Assembly: GCF_006345805.1 (NCBI RefSeq)
Contig: NC_043004.1
Coordinates: forward strand, 76,880,001-76,944,000
Reading direction: 5' to 3'
Length of the DNA: 64,000 nt
DNA from: Octopus sinensis
Lineage: Eukaryota
Positions 26,721 to 39,196 of the stretch are shown piece by piece (within the stretch, counting starts at the first letter, position 1; each line of letters begins with the position of its first letter). The translations under genes and the position numbers were made by a program. The notes below the pieces were generated by a model. The model searched no databases and was not told the origin of the DNA. It worked only from the letters and a program-made list of their open reading frames with translations.

Positions 26721-27127
26721 ATATAATAAGTACTGGGCTTACAAAAAATAAGTCTCGGGGTCGATTTGCTCGACTAAAGGCGGTGCTCCAGCATGGCCGC
26801 AGTCAAATGACTGAAACAAGTAAAAGAGTAAAAGAGTAATACACGCACACACACACACACATACATATATGTATATATATATCTGTGCTGTACTGTGTAC
26901 TATATATATATCTGTGCTGTACTGTGTACTATATATATTAGTAGAAGAAATAGCTATAACTCTTTGACTGCTATTTCTAAATTCGGTATGTGGTAAGGCA
27001 ATTCGTTGCTAAACCCTTTATTGCTTAGTATTACTTAAATTTTCCTCGAATGAGGCTTTTACATGCCGAAGACTACTTGGTGTAATTGATAATTATTCCA
27101 AATTAATTAATTTCACCCTTCATTATT

Positions 27128-27162
<35 letters not shown>

Positions 27163-27207
27163 TATATATATACATACATATACATACATACATATATATA
27201 TATATAT

Positions 27208-27245
<38 letters not shown>

Positions 27246-27292
27246 CATATATATTTGATTTTTTTAATTTTTAATATATATATATATATATA

Positions 27293-27672
27293 TCTGGCAC
27301 TTGTGTCGGTGGCACATAAAAACACCATCCGAGCGTGGCCGTCTGCCAGCCTCGTCTGGCACCTGTGTCGGTGGCACATAAAAACACCATCCGAGCGTGG
27401 CCGTCTGCCAGCCTCGTCTGGCACCTGTGTCGGTGGCACATAAAAAACACCATCCGAGCATGGCCGTTCGCCAGCCTCGTCTGGCACCTGTGTCGGTGGC
27501 ACATAAAATCACCCACTACACTCTCGGAGTGGTTGGCGTTAGGAAGGGCATCCAGCTGTAGAAACACTGCCAGATCTGACTGGCCTGGTGCAGCCTTCAG
27601 GCTCTCCAGACCCCAGTTGAACCGTCCAACCCATGCTAGCATGGAAAGCGGACGTTAAATGATGATGATGAT
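27293..27672 (+). mobile_element. RTE LINE 3' end with three near-identical 62-bp units
   Basis: Unit starts TCTGGCAC at 27293, 27355, 27417 and 27480, then the standard tail. Confidence 0.9.
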
Positions 27673-28055
27673 ATATGGATGTATATATATATATACACGC
27701 ACACACACACACACATACATACATGTATATATATATCTGTGCTGTGCTGTGTGTGTCTTTGTCCCCCACCCCAACCACTTGACAACTGGTATTGGTGTGT
27801 TTATCTCCCTGTAACTTAGTGGTTCGATAAAAGAAACTGATAGAATAAGTACTCGGCTTTAAAACAATAAGTACTGGGGTCAACTAAAATCTCTCCAAGA
27901 TGGAACCCCAGCATGGCCATGGTCAAACGACTGAAACAAGTAAAAGCTAAAAAATATATAGTTATCCCCACTTAAAAGTGGATAATGTTAGAATACAAAA
28001 TACTGCATTATTTACCATGAGAGAATTGTGGTGCATATAAGCACTAATACATACA

Positions 28056-31000
28056 AAGATAATCGAGGTAGTCAGAGTAAGTGACAGAGTAATTAAAATT
28101 AGATTAGTCCTTCACCATAGGTCAGCTACCATCATCTCGGCATATGCCCCTCAACCAGGGCTACCGGAAGGACAAAAAGACCAATTCTATGACACCCTAT
28201 TGCGGACTACCTCGTTGACAAATGACAGTGACCTTCTCTTCGTGGCAGGTGATTTCAATGGACATGTTGGACAGCATGTCGGGGGGCTTCCATGGCGTTC
28301 ATGGAGACTATGGTTTTGGCTCTCGTAATGAGGAGGGAACCAGGCTGCTGGAGTTCTGCGATGCAAATGACCTTATGGTCTGCAATACCAACTTCAGGAA
28401 ACCCACCTCTCACCTAGTCACCTACCGTTCTGGCAGACACACTAGCCAGATTGACTACATCCTTGCCAGAAAAAGGGAAAGAGGGCTGCTTATAAATGCC
28501 AAAACCTTTCCAGGCGAAGAATGTACTCCTCAACATAGATTAGTAGTTAGCGACTTCAGGATCAGAGCTAAATGCTTGCCCAGAAGAAGACCTGCTTGGA
28601 GGAGAAGGGTCTGGAAGCTTAAAGATCCTGCAAATGGACAGAGATTTAGAGACATACTACTCGAAGCCTTTGACGAAATAGAAGGGGATATAGCTTCACT
28701 TAAAGTGGAAGACAACTGGAGATTTTTACGGGACAATCTGCTGACAGCCACTGACCAGATCTGTGGATGGAGCAAAGTACCATCTCGACCCAGAGTAACG
28801 TGGTGGTGGAACACTGTGGTTGACAGGGCTATTAGACAAAAGAGACAGGCTTGGAAGGACTGGAAGAACGGTGGTAGCAGGGAATTGTATCAGACAGCCA
28901 GAAGGGAAGCTAGGAGACAGGATTATTTAGCCAGAGGGGAAGCGGATAAGAAAAAATTTGCCAATGTTCTGAGCCGTGAGAATGAAAGACTTGAGGTATT
29001 TCGTGTTGCAAGACAGTGTGTGAGAGAGAATCGTGATGTGGTAGGAGAGAAGTGTGTTCGCATGGATGATGGTTCACTTGCGCTAAATGAGGATGCAAAG
29101 AGAGAGGTTTGGAAATGCCACTATGAAAGGTTGCTGAATAAAGAAAATGAATGGGATAAAGAGAGTCTGCCGAATGTCAACCCAACAGAGGGACCAGCCA
29201 TCCGAGTTGAAAATTCTTTGGTAGTTAAAGCAATTAGAAGCATGAAGACAGGGAAAGCCCCAGGCCCATCAGGAATTACTGCAGAGATGCTCAAAATATC
29301 TGGCAGTGTCAGCTATAACCTAGTCACCCGTATAGTCAACCAGGTGATACACAAAGGAGTCATACCCAATGACTGGTGTAGCAGCATACTAGTCAACTGC
29401 TACAAAGGTAAAGGTGATGCCCTAGATACAAATAATTACAGAGGTATCAAGCTGTTGGATCAGGTAATGAAGGTTATGGAGAGGGTCATAGCCCAACTAA
29501 TTAGCGAGAGAGTTAGTTTAGATGAGATGCAGTTTGGGTTCGTGCCAGGGAAAAGTACCACTGATGCTATATTCCTGGTAAGGTAGCTGCAGGAGAAATA
29601 CCTAGCCAAAGATAAGCCCCTGTACCTGGCTTTCGTTGACATGGAGAAAGCCTTTGATAGGGTCCCCAATCCCTTATCTGGTGGTCAATGAGGAAACTAG
29701 GGATAGATGAATGGCTGGTGAGGGCTGTGCAAGCCATGTACAGAGATGCCGTAAGTAAGGTTAGGGTTGGCAACATGTACACAGAAGGATTCAAAGTAGA
29801 GGTTGGGGTCCACCAGGGTTCAGTACTCAGCCCCCTCCTATTTATCATAGTCCTCCAGGCAATTACGGAAGAATTTAAGACAGGTTGCCCCTGGGAGCTC
29901 CTCTATGCTGATGACCTTGCTCTAATTGCTGAGTCACTATCAGAACTGGAGGAGAAGTTCCAGGTGTGGAAGGAGGGTTTAGAATCGAGGGGCCTTAGAG
30001 TCAACCTAGCTAAAACCAAAGTACTAATAAGTAGGAAGGTAGACAATCCACAAATGTCTTCAGGAAGATGGCCCTGCTTGATCTGTAGAAAAGGTGTAGG
30101 TAGAAACTCTATAAGATGTACCCGGTGTAAGCTATGGACACATAAGAGGTGCAGCAATGTCAAAGGTAGGCTAACTGGGAAGATAGTTTTTGTATGTGGC
30201 AGATGCTCGGGAGCATTAACCTCCGAAAATCTGCAGAAAATAACTTCCGTCACTTTCCAGGGGGAAAAACTAGAAGTAGTTGATAACTTCCGTTATCTAG
30301 GTGACCAAGTCAGTAGTGGGGGTGGGTGCTTTGAAAGTGTAACTGCTAGAATAAGAATAGCCTGGGAAAATTTTAGGGAGCTCTTACCTCTGCTGGTGAC
30401 TAAAGGCCTTTCGCTCAGAGTAAAAGGCAAACTGTATGATGCATGTGTACGAACAGCCATGCTACATGGCAGTGAAACATGGGCCATGACTGCTGAGGAC
30501 ATGTGTAAGCTCGCGAGGAATGAAGCCAGTATGCTCCGATGGATGTGTAATGTCAGTGTACATACTTGACAGAGCGTTAGTACCTTGAGAGAAATGCTGT
30601 ACCTAAGAAGCATCAGTTGTGGTGTGCAAGAAAGACGATTGCGCTGGTATGGTCATGTGGCAAGAATGGATGAAGATAGGTGTGTGAGAAAGTGCCAATC
30701 CCTAGCAGTTGAGGGAACCCGTGGAAGAGGTAGACCCAGGAAAACCTGGGACGAGGTGGTGAAGCACGACCTTCAAACTTTAGGCCTCACTGAGGAAATG
30801 ACCAGCGACCGAGACCTTTGGAAATATGCTGTACGTGAGAAGACCAGGCAGGACAAGTGAGCCCAGCCCACTTATGAATGCCTTTCCTCCCTTGGACACA
30901 AAGACCTGTTGAGGCAAGCGAAGTTGATATCGAACCTCATCCGACAACAGGCACCCATGCCAACCCCCTTTGCTTGCGAAGAGATATTGGGGCAAGTGAA

Positions 31001-31392
31001 ATCGAAATCAAAATCGAAATTGAACCAATCCTATTACTGGCACCCGGCAGATGCCAGGACCCCTGGACTGGTGGTACGTAAAAAGCACTATCCGAATCGT
31101 GGCCGATGCCAGCACCACCTCGACTGGCTTCCGTGCTGGTGGCACGTAAATTGCACCAATCCGACTGTGGCCGTTGCCAGCCTCGTCTGGCACCTGTGCG
31201 GGTGGCACGTAAAAAGCACCCACTACACTCACGGAGTGGTTGGCATTAGGAAGGGCATCCAGCTGTAAAAACATTGCCAGATAAGACTGGAGCCTGGTGC
31301 AGCCTTCTGGCTTCCCAGATCCCCGGTCAAACCGTCCAACCCATGCTAGCATGGATAACGGACGTTAAACGATGATGATGATGATTATGATG
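28056..31392 (+). mobile_element. Near-complete RTE LINE (APE endonuclease plus RT), 5'-truncated and disabled
   Basis: APE motifs SAYAPQ, GDFNGH, QIDY; RT motifs QFGF, GVHQGSVLSP, YADD. Lesions: frameshift near 28275, TAG 29584-29586, frameshift near 29668, TGA 30567-30569, small deletion near 30598. Stop at 30860; (GAT)n tail; possible low-complexity TSD ATACATACA. Confidence 0.95.
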
Positions 31393-31607
31393 ATACATAC
31401 ATACATGCATACACACTCACACATACACACACACACACACACATGCACACACAAATACACAGATGATTGGCTTCTTTCAGTTTCCGTCTGCCAAATCCAC
31501 TCAGAAGGCTTAATTAGAGTATAGTTTATCTACTTCTCATATTTTTTACATGGTGACAAGAATATAATTTTGAAAAAGACATCATGGGAAAATATTATTT
31601 TACACTA

Positions 31608-32010
31608 AGCAAATATTCTGCTCAATACCACAGATTTGCTTGTCATTTGTTTGACCTTAACTAGTTGAGCATTTCCCTTGGTGGCTGACAATATGTACAT
31701 CTCTGATCACGAGCAGGAGTAGTGGGGGAACAACATAGTCATGTGTTGAGAGGAATTCTTTTGAGCAAGATGAGCTACTCAACCTGATGGAAATTCTAAC
31801 TGGGCCCCACTAGCAAGGGCATGTGCTATGTGTATCTTGATATGAGGTCACCATGTCATGCACATATGGTTGTGATGCGTGTACCTGATGTACTCTTATC
31901 AGACGGGTAGTCATGGTGGGTATATTGGGCTTTGTATATTTGTACCCCAGCGTCATTTTGGAGTGTGTGCTGCTCTCTCACGCAATGGAGTGTGTGCTGC
32001 TCTCTCACAC

Positions 32011-32012
<2 letters not shown>
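31608..32012 (+). mobile_element. Family G non-coding retroposon, copy 1, with (AAT)n tail
   Basis: Aligns to 32165-32617; last 27 bp duplicated (31959-31985 and 31986-32012). Confidence 0.75.
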
Positions 32013-32042
<30 letters not shown>

Positions 32043-32048
32043 TAATAA

Positions 32049-32617
32049 TTGTTTTGTCTTGGTATAAAAGATGGGCTTTGTTTTGTCTTGGTATAAAAGA
32101 TGGGCTTTGTTTTGTCTTGGTATAAAAGATGGGCTTTGTTTTGTCTTGGTATAAAAGATGGGCTACAGCAAATATTCTGCTCAATACCACAGATTTGCTT
32201 GTCAGTTGTTTGACCTTAACCAGTTGAGCATGTCCCTTAGTGGCTGGTGATATGTGCATCTCTGATCACGAGCAGAAGTAGTGGGGGAGTATCATAGCCA
32301 TGTGTTGAGAGGGATTCTTTGGGGTTTGAATAATTCACCTCTGGAAACATGGGTGTTTCGTTCAACATCCTTAAACAACCCTTACTCAGGGACCTTTTGA
32401 GCAGGATGGGTTACTCGACCAGAAGAAAATTCTAACTGGGCCCCACCTACAAGGTCATGTGCTGTTTATCTTGATATGAAATCATCACGTCGCGCACATA
32501 TGGTTGTGATGCATGTGCCTGGTGTACCCTTATCAGACGGGTAGTCATGATGGGTATACTGGGCTTCTTATATTTTACCCCAGTGTCACTTTGATGGCAT
32601 GCACTGCTCTCTCACTC
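32049..32617 (+). mobile_element. Family G non-coding retroposon, copy 2
   Basis: (AAT)n on both sides; 5' end is four copies of the 29-bp unit TTGTTTTGTCTTGGTATAAAAGATGGGCT (32049-32164). Confidence 0.8.
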
Positions 32618-32654
32618 AATAATAATAATAATAATAATATCATAATAATAATTT

Positions 32655-32859
32655 CAAATTTTTGTCAGAAGGGCAGCTTGGGGCAGAGGATTAAGTCGAT
32701 TACATTGACCCCAGTGTGTAACTGGTATTTATTTCATTGACCCCGAAAGGATGAAAGGCAAAGTCAACCTCAGCAGAATTTGAACTCAGAGCATAGCAGC
32801 AGATGAAATACCGCTAAGCATTTCGCCCAGCATGCTAACGATTCTACCAGCTCAGCACC

Positions 32860-32860
<1 letters not shown>
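32655..32860 (-). mobile_element. SINE family B
   Basis: Reverse-complement match to 61747-61978. Confidence 0.8.
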
Positions 32861-32898
<38 letters not shown>

Positions 32899-33395
32899 TT
32901 TAAGTAAATATTATTATCAAGTTAGGTTAAGTAAGGGAGAGCTGCTGGATGAAAACTAGGCGATGGTTGTGAGCGTCAGGAACACAACTAGCTCATGGGA
33001 AGCTTGTCTTGACATACAGGACCCAGGGTGACTTTCTGAGATACTTTTTTGTAAAAAGTGCACCTTGTATGACATCAAAGATGGTAATTTGAGTCAGAAA
33101 AACCAGATTCATTTACTGGTGGTTAAATGTATCACCAAAGAGTGACAGATGTTGTTAGCGTGTATGCAGAAGTATATACACGGAAAGAGGGTTTTGGACA
33201 TAAGTTTACAAGGCATAGGGAAAATGTATAAAGTTAAAATAGGGATTAATTACAATTCTTTGAGAAAGTTTATAGGTGTCTTATCTTCAAATATTGATTG
33301 AGAACTTGCTTTGTAATTGAATTCCAGTTTTTACCAGTAAGGTACAGTGCAATGGAACATATATCTCAAGCAAAGATTGGAATCAGGAAATTAAA

Positions 33396-33786
33396 TCTCT
33401 CTATATATAAAGCTGAAGTTGTCTGTGTATGGCAGGTTTGGTAGCCTTCAACTAACACTATCTCCTCTGAGACCCTGCGGCGCAAGTTGACCAAAATTGA
33501 GAATGTGATAGAAGAAGGCTTGCTCTTCCTTCTGTAGGAGAAAAAATTCAAATCAGACCATGTTAACACCAAAAATTATTTACATCAAAAAGTACTTTTT
33601 TTCTATGAAAATCCCTATTTTTTACGCTTTTTTGACTGCTGTGTCGCCATTTTTCGGTGTATTTCAACCAGAAAAATGTTCACTTAAAGAGAATAACAAG
33701 CTATATAATGCAAAATATTTACTTTTCAAAAATTCCAATTCTAAAGGGTCGAAACAAACCCGAGCCACGCCGGGCGATACTGCTAG
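33396..33786 (+). mobile_element. Non-autonomous Helitron
   Basis: A|TC 5' end, CTAG|T 3' end, hairpin CCCGAGCCACGCCGGG at 33759-33774; termini shared with 3625-3994. Confidence 0.85.
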
Positions 33787-34084
33787 TTAAATATAGAATA
33801 ATCTTGGTCAAATTTATTTCGAACAATCTACCCCAGCAGCGACAAGCTAACAACCATCTGAAGCACAAAAGTTATGTTACGCCATCGGAAAGCAAAACGA
33901 AAGTATTACGTAAGGGAGATAACTTATTATCTATTTTCATGAATAACGTTCCTTCATGTTCAACCAGATTAACATGGAAATCTCTTACTGTTCAGGTTTC
34001 GTTAATCAAAACTCCTCTTCCTTGTTCCTGACTACGTTATTCAATTATCTGTTAATCATTTGGATTCTAATTGAAGAATTAACA

Positions 34085-34578
34085 TCGGTTAAATCGAAAT
34101 CGTTCTTGTGTGTACAGTTAGATATATGAGTGCTTCTGGCGAGTTTGAAGCTCCATATGAAGTATCGTCATAAAAAAGCACCATCCGAACGTGACCGATG
34201 CCAGTGCTGCTTTGAATGGCTTCTGTGCCGGTGGCACGTAAAAAGCACCAAACGATCGTGGATATTGCCAGCATCCCCTGGCACCTGTGCCGGTGGCACG
34301 TAAAAAGCACCATCCGATCGTGGCCCCTGCTAGCCTCTCCTGGCACGTAAACAGCACCCACTACACTCACGGAGTGGTTGGCGTTAGGAATGGCATCCAG
34401 CTGTAGAAACACTACCAGATCAAGATTGGAGCCTGGTGCAGCCTCCTGGCTTCCCAGACCCTGGTCGAACCGTCCAACCCATGCTAGCGTGGAGAATGGA
34501 CGTTAAACGACGACGACGATGACGACGATGATGATGATGATGATGACGATGACGATGACGATGACGACGACGATGACG
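34085..34578 (+). mobile_element. RTE LINE 3' UTR with (GAC)n/(GAT)n tail
   Basis: Matches 31000-31385. Confidence 0.88.
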
Positions 34579-34709
34579 ATTTAAGTGAAATGGTTACAAC
34601 TATGCTATGTTGTATTTCTGGTTTATAATATCCATAACAAATGCAGGAAAAATTATGATCGGATTAATCGAGATTACAACATTTACCCTGAACGGAACGT
34701 TGATGTATT

Positions 34710-34918
34710 GCAAGGTTCAAGGTCAGAATTTTGGAGATGAAAGGACAAGCCAATTACATCAACTACAGTACTTGACTGATACTTAATTTTATCAACCCCA
34801 AAGGGATGAATGGCAAAGTTGACCTCAGCAGGATTTGAACTCAGAACGTAAAGAGCCTAAAGAAATGCTGCTTCGTATTTTGTCCAATGTGTTAATGATT
34901 CTGCTAGCTCACTACCTT
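34710..34918 (-). mobile_element. SINE family B, diverged
   Basis: GGATGAATGGCAAAGTTGACCTCAGCAGGATTTGAACTCAGAAC. Confidence 0.75.
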
Positions 34919-34954
34919 AATTACATCATTAACATAATCTAATTGTTACAAACA

Positions 34955-35351
34955 GTCTGAAAAGTATCAACCATCTTACAAACAATAACTCTGAGCACCT
35001 TTTCAAACTCCACCTGTCTAACACCCGTGGACATGTTTACAAAGTCAGAAAACAGCACAGCTCCCATGACTTTCGGAAACATTTTTTCACGCTAAGAGTT
35101 GCTGAAGCATGGAACAAACTGCCGGCATCAGTTGTTAGTTGTCGGAGCTCTGCATCCTTCAGAACTTCCATGATTCCTGAGATTCGCCAACACTACACCT
35201 GATTTTCTTCCCTCCATACACACGCAAGCATGTATCTGACTCATACACTGTTCGCTTCCAGACATTTGTACATTACTGCATATACTTTATATGCACTTTT
35301 GTCAAGTTGTGGTGCACCTGAGCACTGTATACAATAATTTCATTATTATTA
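34955..35351 (+). mobile_element. CR1-type LINE 3' end
   Basis: NTRGHVYKVRKQHSSHDFRKHFFTLRVAEAWNKLPASVV..., short 3' UTR and (ATT)n tail. Confidence 0.85.
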
Positions 35352-35470
35352 TAAATCAACGAAGGATTTATTGAAAAGAAAAAGATTGGCTGTTAATATA
35401 ATTAGTAATGCGTCTCCATTATGGAATGTATTCAATCAACTGAACAAACATTGATAAAAGAGACTGAGAT

Positions 35471-35915
35471 TAGGATGGAGTGAAAATAAAAATTTCTGGA
35501 AACTGAAAATGCCTGAGAGCTAAAATGTTGCTATATATAATTAGTAGAAAAATGCTAAATTTTCGCTGAGATCATTTAAGGGCATTTGATCCCTCAATTC
35601 CCCATAATCTCCTTAATCTTTGAGGGAATAAATGTCCTTGACTGATCTAAGCGAAAATTTAGTATTTTTCTAGTAATAATAAATAGCAAGATTTTAGGCG
35701 TCAGGCATTTTCAATTTCTGCAATATTTTATTTTTACTCCACCCTAACACACATGTATGTGTGCGCAGGTATAAAGATTGTGTAATTTAGGGTGGAGTGA
35801 AAATAAAAAATTGCAGAAACTGAAAATGCCTGAGGCCTGAAATCTTGCTATATATTATTACTAGAAAAATACTAAATTTTCACTTAGATCAGTCAAGGGC
35901 ATTTACTCCTTCAAA
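35471..35915. repeat. Three alternating ~130-bp inverted arms (MITE plus a third TIR)
   Basis: TAGG(G/A)TGGAGTGAAAATAAA... forward at 35471, reverse ending 35746, forward at 35788. Confidence 0.75.
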
Positions 35916-35991
35916 CTCCACTATTGTAAAAAATTTACAAAAATCCCCCATTTTATATATATATGTATATACACACACTCTCTCGCACATA

Positions 35992-36030
<39 letters not shown>

Positions 36031-36689
36031 GTACATACACACAAATACACACACACACACACACACACAACAGGATTCTTGCAAATTCATTCATGGGCTG
36101 TAACAGAAGACACTTGCCCAAAGTGTCGCACAGTGTAATTGAACCCAAGACCAGGTGGTTGAAAAATGAGCTTCTTAACCACAAAGACATGCCTGTGAGA
36201 TAAGAAAAAGGAAAAAAGAAAAAAGGAAAAAGAAATTCCTATGCAAAAACAAAAAAACATATCAATAATAATAAAATAATGATAAAAGAATTCTTCTGAA
36301 GGAAACACTTTTTTAGGAAATGAATTTTTTTATTGGGATGTGAGGTGGGGTGTGGAGTGGGTGTAATTTTGTCCACAACTCCCCCCCCCACATACACACA
36401 CACTCGTACATGTTTTATCTTTGTGTTTCTTTGCTTACCCAACAATTTGAACATCCGGATTGTTTAAAAGCATTAACCTCATCCACTCTTAAGTAACGAC
36501 TAAAAACAAAATATTTCAACTGGAAAAAGGAATAATACAAATACTATATCATGCAATAATATTACAATCACGGATATCATTGTCGATTCTGTTGCTATTC
36601 AATCATTTCTTTCTTTCTTACGATTTCCCTCTGGTATTTCCTGTTGTAGAAAAAACTGAAGCAGCTTCTTCTCACTTCTGCTCTCTCCT

Positions 36690-36790
36690 TCACTCTGTCT
36701 GTCTGCTTGTCTGTCTCTCTCCCTCTTTCTCTCTCTCTCTCTCTCTCACTCTCACTCTTTCTCTTCTCTCTTCTCTCTCTCTCTCTCCCC
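36690..36790. repeat. (CT)n microsatellite
   Basis: Direct inspection. Confidence 0.9.
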
Positions 36791-37094
36791 TTTACTCTCA
36801 GATATTTTTCTTCCTTTCCTTGAACCACATGACTCACAAAACCGGTTACCCAGTCTCCGTGTTGTGAAAGTTACAGAGATTACAACATTCCTTCTAGGCC
36901 AGCAATTTTGAAAGGAGCGGTGACAGGCTCACAGGTGTGTGTGTGCGTGTATGGAGGGAGGGCCCAATTGATTGTACTGACCCCAGTACTTGACTGGTAC
37001 TTTATCTTATTAACTCTGAATGAATGAAGAGCAAATTTGACCTTTGTACATTATTTATATTTGACGGATATTTGTCCCCATCCTGTTTGTTGCT

Positions 37095-37140
37095 AGCACA
37101 ACGTTTCGGCTGATACACTCTCCAGCCTTCATCAGGTGTC
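37095..37140 (-). ncRNA. Minimal type I hammerhead ribozyme, core intact
   Basis: GACAC-CTGATGA-A-GGCTG-GAGAGTGTAT-CAGCC-GAAAC-GTT-GTGCT; stem III reduced to the palindrome ACGT. Confidence 0.75.
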
Positions 37141-37212
37141 TTGGGGAAATTTCGAACCTGGGTTCTCGTTCCTAAGATATTTTTCAATATTATTATTATT
37201 ATTATTATTGTT

Positions 37213-37394
37213 GAGTGAGAGAGCAGTGCATGCCATCAAAGTGACACTGGGGTAAAATATACGAAGCCCAATATACCCATCATGACTACCCGTCTGATAA
37301 GGGTACACTAGGCACATGCATCACAAACATATGTGCGTGACATGGGGATATCATATCAAGATAAACAGCACATGACCCTGCAGGTGGGGTCCAG
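37213..37394 (-). mobile_element. Family G, 5'-truncated, inserted in the (AAT)n of a family E SINE
   Basis: Reverse complement of 32435-32617. Confidence 0.85.
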
Positions 37395-37463
37395 TCGTCG
37401 TCGTCAGCGGCGGCGGCGGCGGCGTCGTCGTCGTCGTCATCGTCATCATCATCATCATCATCA

Positions 37464-37499
<36 letters not shown>

Positions 37500-38431
37500 T
37501 CACTGCCTAGAATCAAACTTGGAATCTTGGGGTTAGTAACTTGTACTCTTAACCACTACACCATATGAAGGCTGGAGAGCAGATCAGCCAAAACATTGTG
37601 TTACCAACAAACAAGATGAGGAAAAATATCTGTCAAATGTAAATAATGTAAATAATGTGCATAATTCCTCATCTCTTAAATATAGAACTGTGTTGACCTT
37701 TGTAAGATTTGAACTCAGAATGTAAAGAGCTGGAAGAGATGCAGAAATCTTGTCCATCATGCCAATGGTTCTGCCAGCTTGCCAGCCACCTTCTTCGCTT
37801 TACTGACACATTTTAATACACCAGAAGCCAATGCAAGGCCCTTTCTGTTGTACTTTGACTTGTGAAGAAATTTGTTATCCTTTGGTTGTTTCATGAAATG
37901 TGTGGTCATGTTGAGGCACCACATCAAAGGGTTCTGTCAAACAAATTGACCCCGTTACTTATTTGTAAATCTGATACTTAATCCCTCAGTTCTTTCTGCT
38001 GAACCACTAAGTTACTGGAACTTAAGCAAAACAACTGCTGTTGTTAAGCAGCGGCAGAGGACAAGCATAAACATAAAGACACACAGACGTATGCTCATGT
38101 GCATATAAATCATCAACACCATCATCATCATCGTCGTCGTCATCTTTTAATGTCTGCTTTCCATGCTGGACGGTTTGACTGAGGATTAGCAAGCCAGATG
38201 GCTGCACCAGCCTCCAATCTGATCTGGCAAAGTTTCTACAGCTGGATACCTTTCTGAGGGCGCAGGAGTGGCTGTGTGGTAAGAAGCTTGCTTACCAACC
38301 ACATGGTTCCGGGTTCAGTCCCACTGCGTGGCACCTTGGGCAAGTGTCTTCTACAAAGCCTTGTGAGTGGATTTGGTAGACAGAAACTGAAAGAAGCCCA
38401 TTATATATATATGTGTATATATATATGTATA

Positions 38432-38504
<73 letters not shown>

Positions 38505-38507
38505 TAT

Positions 38508-38548
<41 letters not shown>

Positions 38549-38954
38549 CTCTTTACTCTTTACTCTTTTACTTGTTTCAGTCATTTGACTGTGGCCATGC
38601 TGGAGCACCGCCTTTACTCGAGCAACTCGATCCCGGGACTTATTCTTTGTAAGCCCAGTACTTATGCTATCGGTCTCTTTTGCCGAACCGTTAAGTGACG
38701 GGGACATAAACACACCAGTATCGGTTGTCAAGCCATGTTGGGGGGGACAAACACAGACACACAAACACACACACGCATATATACATATATACGACAGGCT
38801 TCTTTCAGTTTCTGTCTACCAAATCCACTCACAAGGCTTTGGTCGGCCCGATGCTATAGTAGAAGACACTTACTCAAGGTGCCACGCAGTGGGACTGAAC
38901 CCGGAACCATGTGGTTGGTAAACAAGCTACTTACCACACAGCCACTCCTGCGCC
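38549..38954 (-). mobile_element. SINE family A
   Basis: Full-length; a 5' half copy lies on the plus strand at 38259-38400. Confidence 0.9.
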
Positions 38955-38960
38955 TATATA

Positions 38961-38967
<7 letters not shown>

Positions 38968-38996
<29 letters not shown>

Positions 38997-39196
38997 TGTA
39001 TGTATGTATGTATGTATGTATGTATGTATGTATTTATGTATGTATGTATGTATGTGTGTATGTATGGATGGATGTATGTATGTGTTTATGTATGTATGTA
39101 TGTGTGTGTGTATGTGTGTGTGTATGTATGTATGTATGTTTGTATGTTTGTATGTATGTATGTATGTGTGTATGTATGTATGTATGTGTGTGTGTG
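38968..39196. repeat. (TATG)n/(TG)n microsatellite
   Basis: Direct inspection. Confidence 0.95.

Larger units (their letters stand above)
37045..37691 (-). mobile_element. SINE family E (tRNA head, (AAT)n, hammerhead tail) with inverted tail at 37565-37691 and a nested family G copy
   Basis: Head on the minus strand from 37566; tail 37045-37190; plus-strand tail fragment abuts the head. Confidence 0.8.

Noticed and set aside
27293-27510. 62-bp repeats as a CRISPR array
   Set aside because: No unique spacers; part of the RTE 3' UTR.
31075-31225. TACGTG (hypoxia-response-like) motifs in the RTE 3' UTR units
   Set aside because: A 6-mer inside a repeat, often decayed to TATGTG; no evidence of function.
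32049-32164. 29-bp direct repeats as a CRISPR array
   Set aside because: Contiguous units with no spacers, in a eukaryotic retroposon context.
33657-34031. 124-aa ORF
   Set aside because: Starts inside the Helitron and runs into flanking DNA; no recognisable domain.
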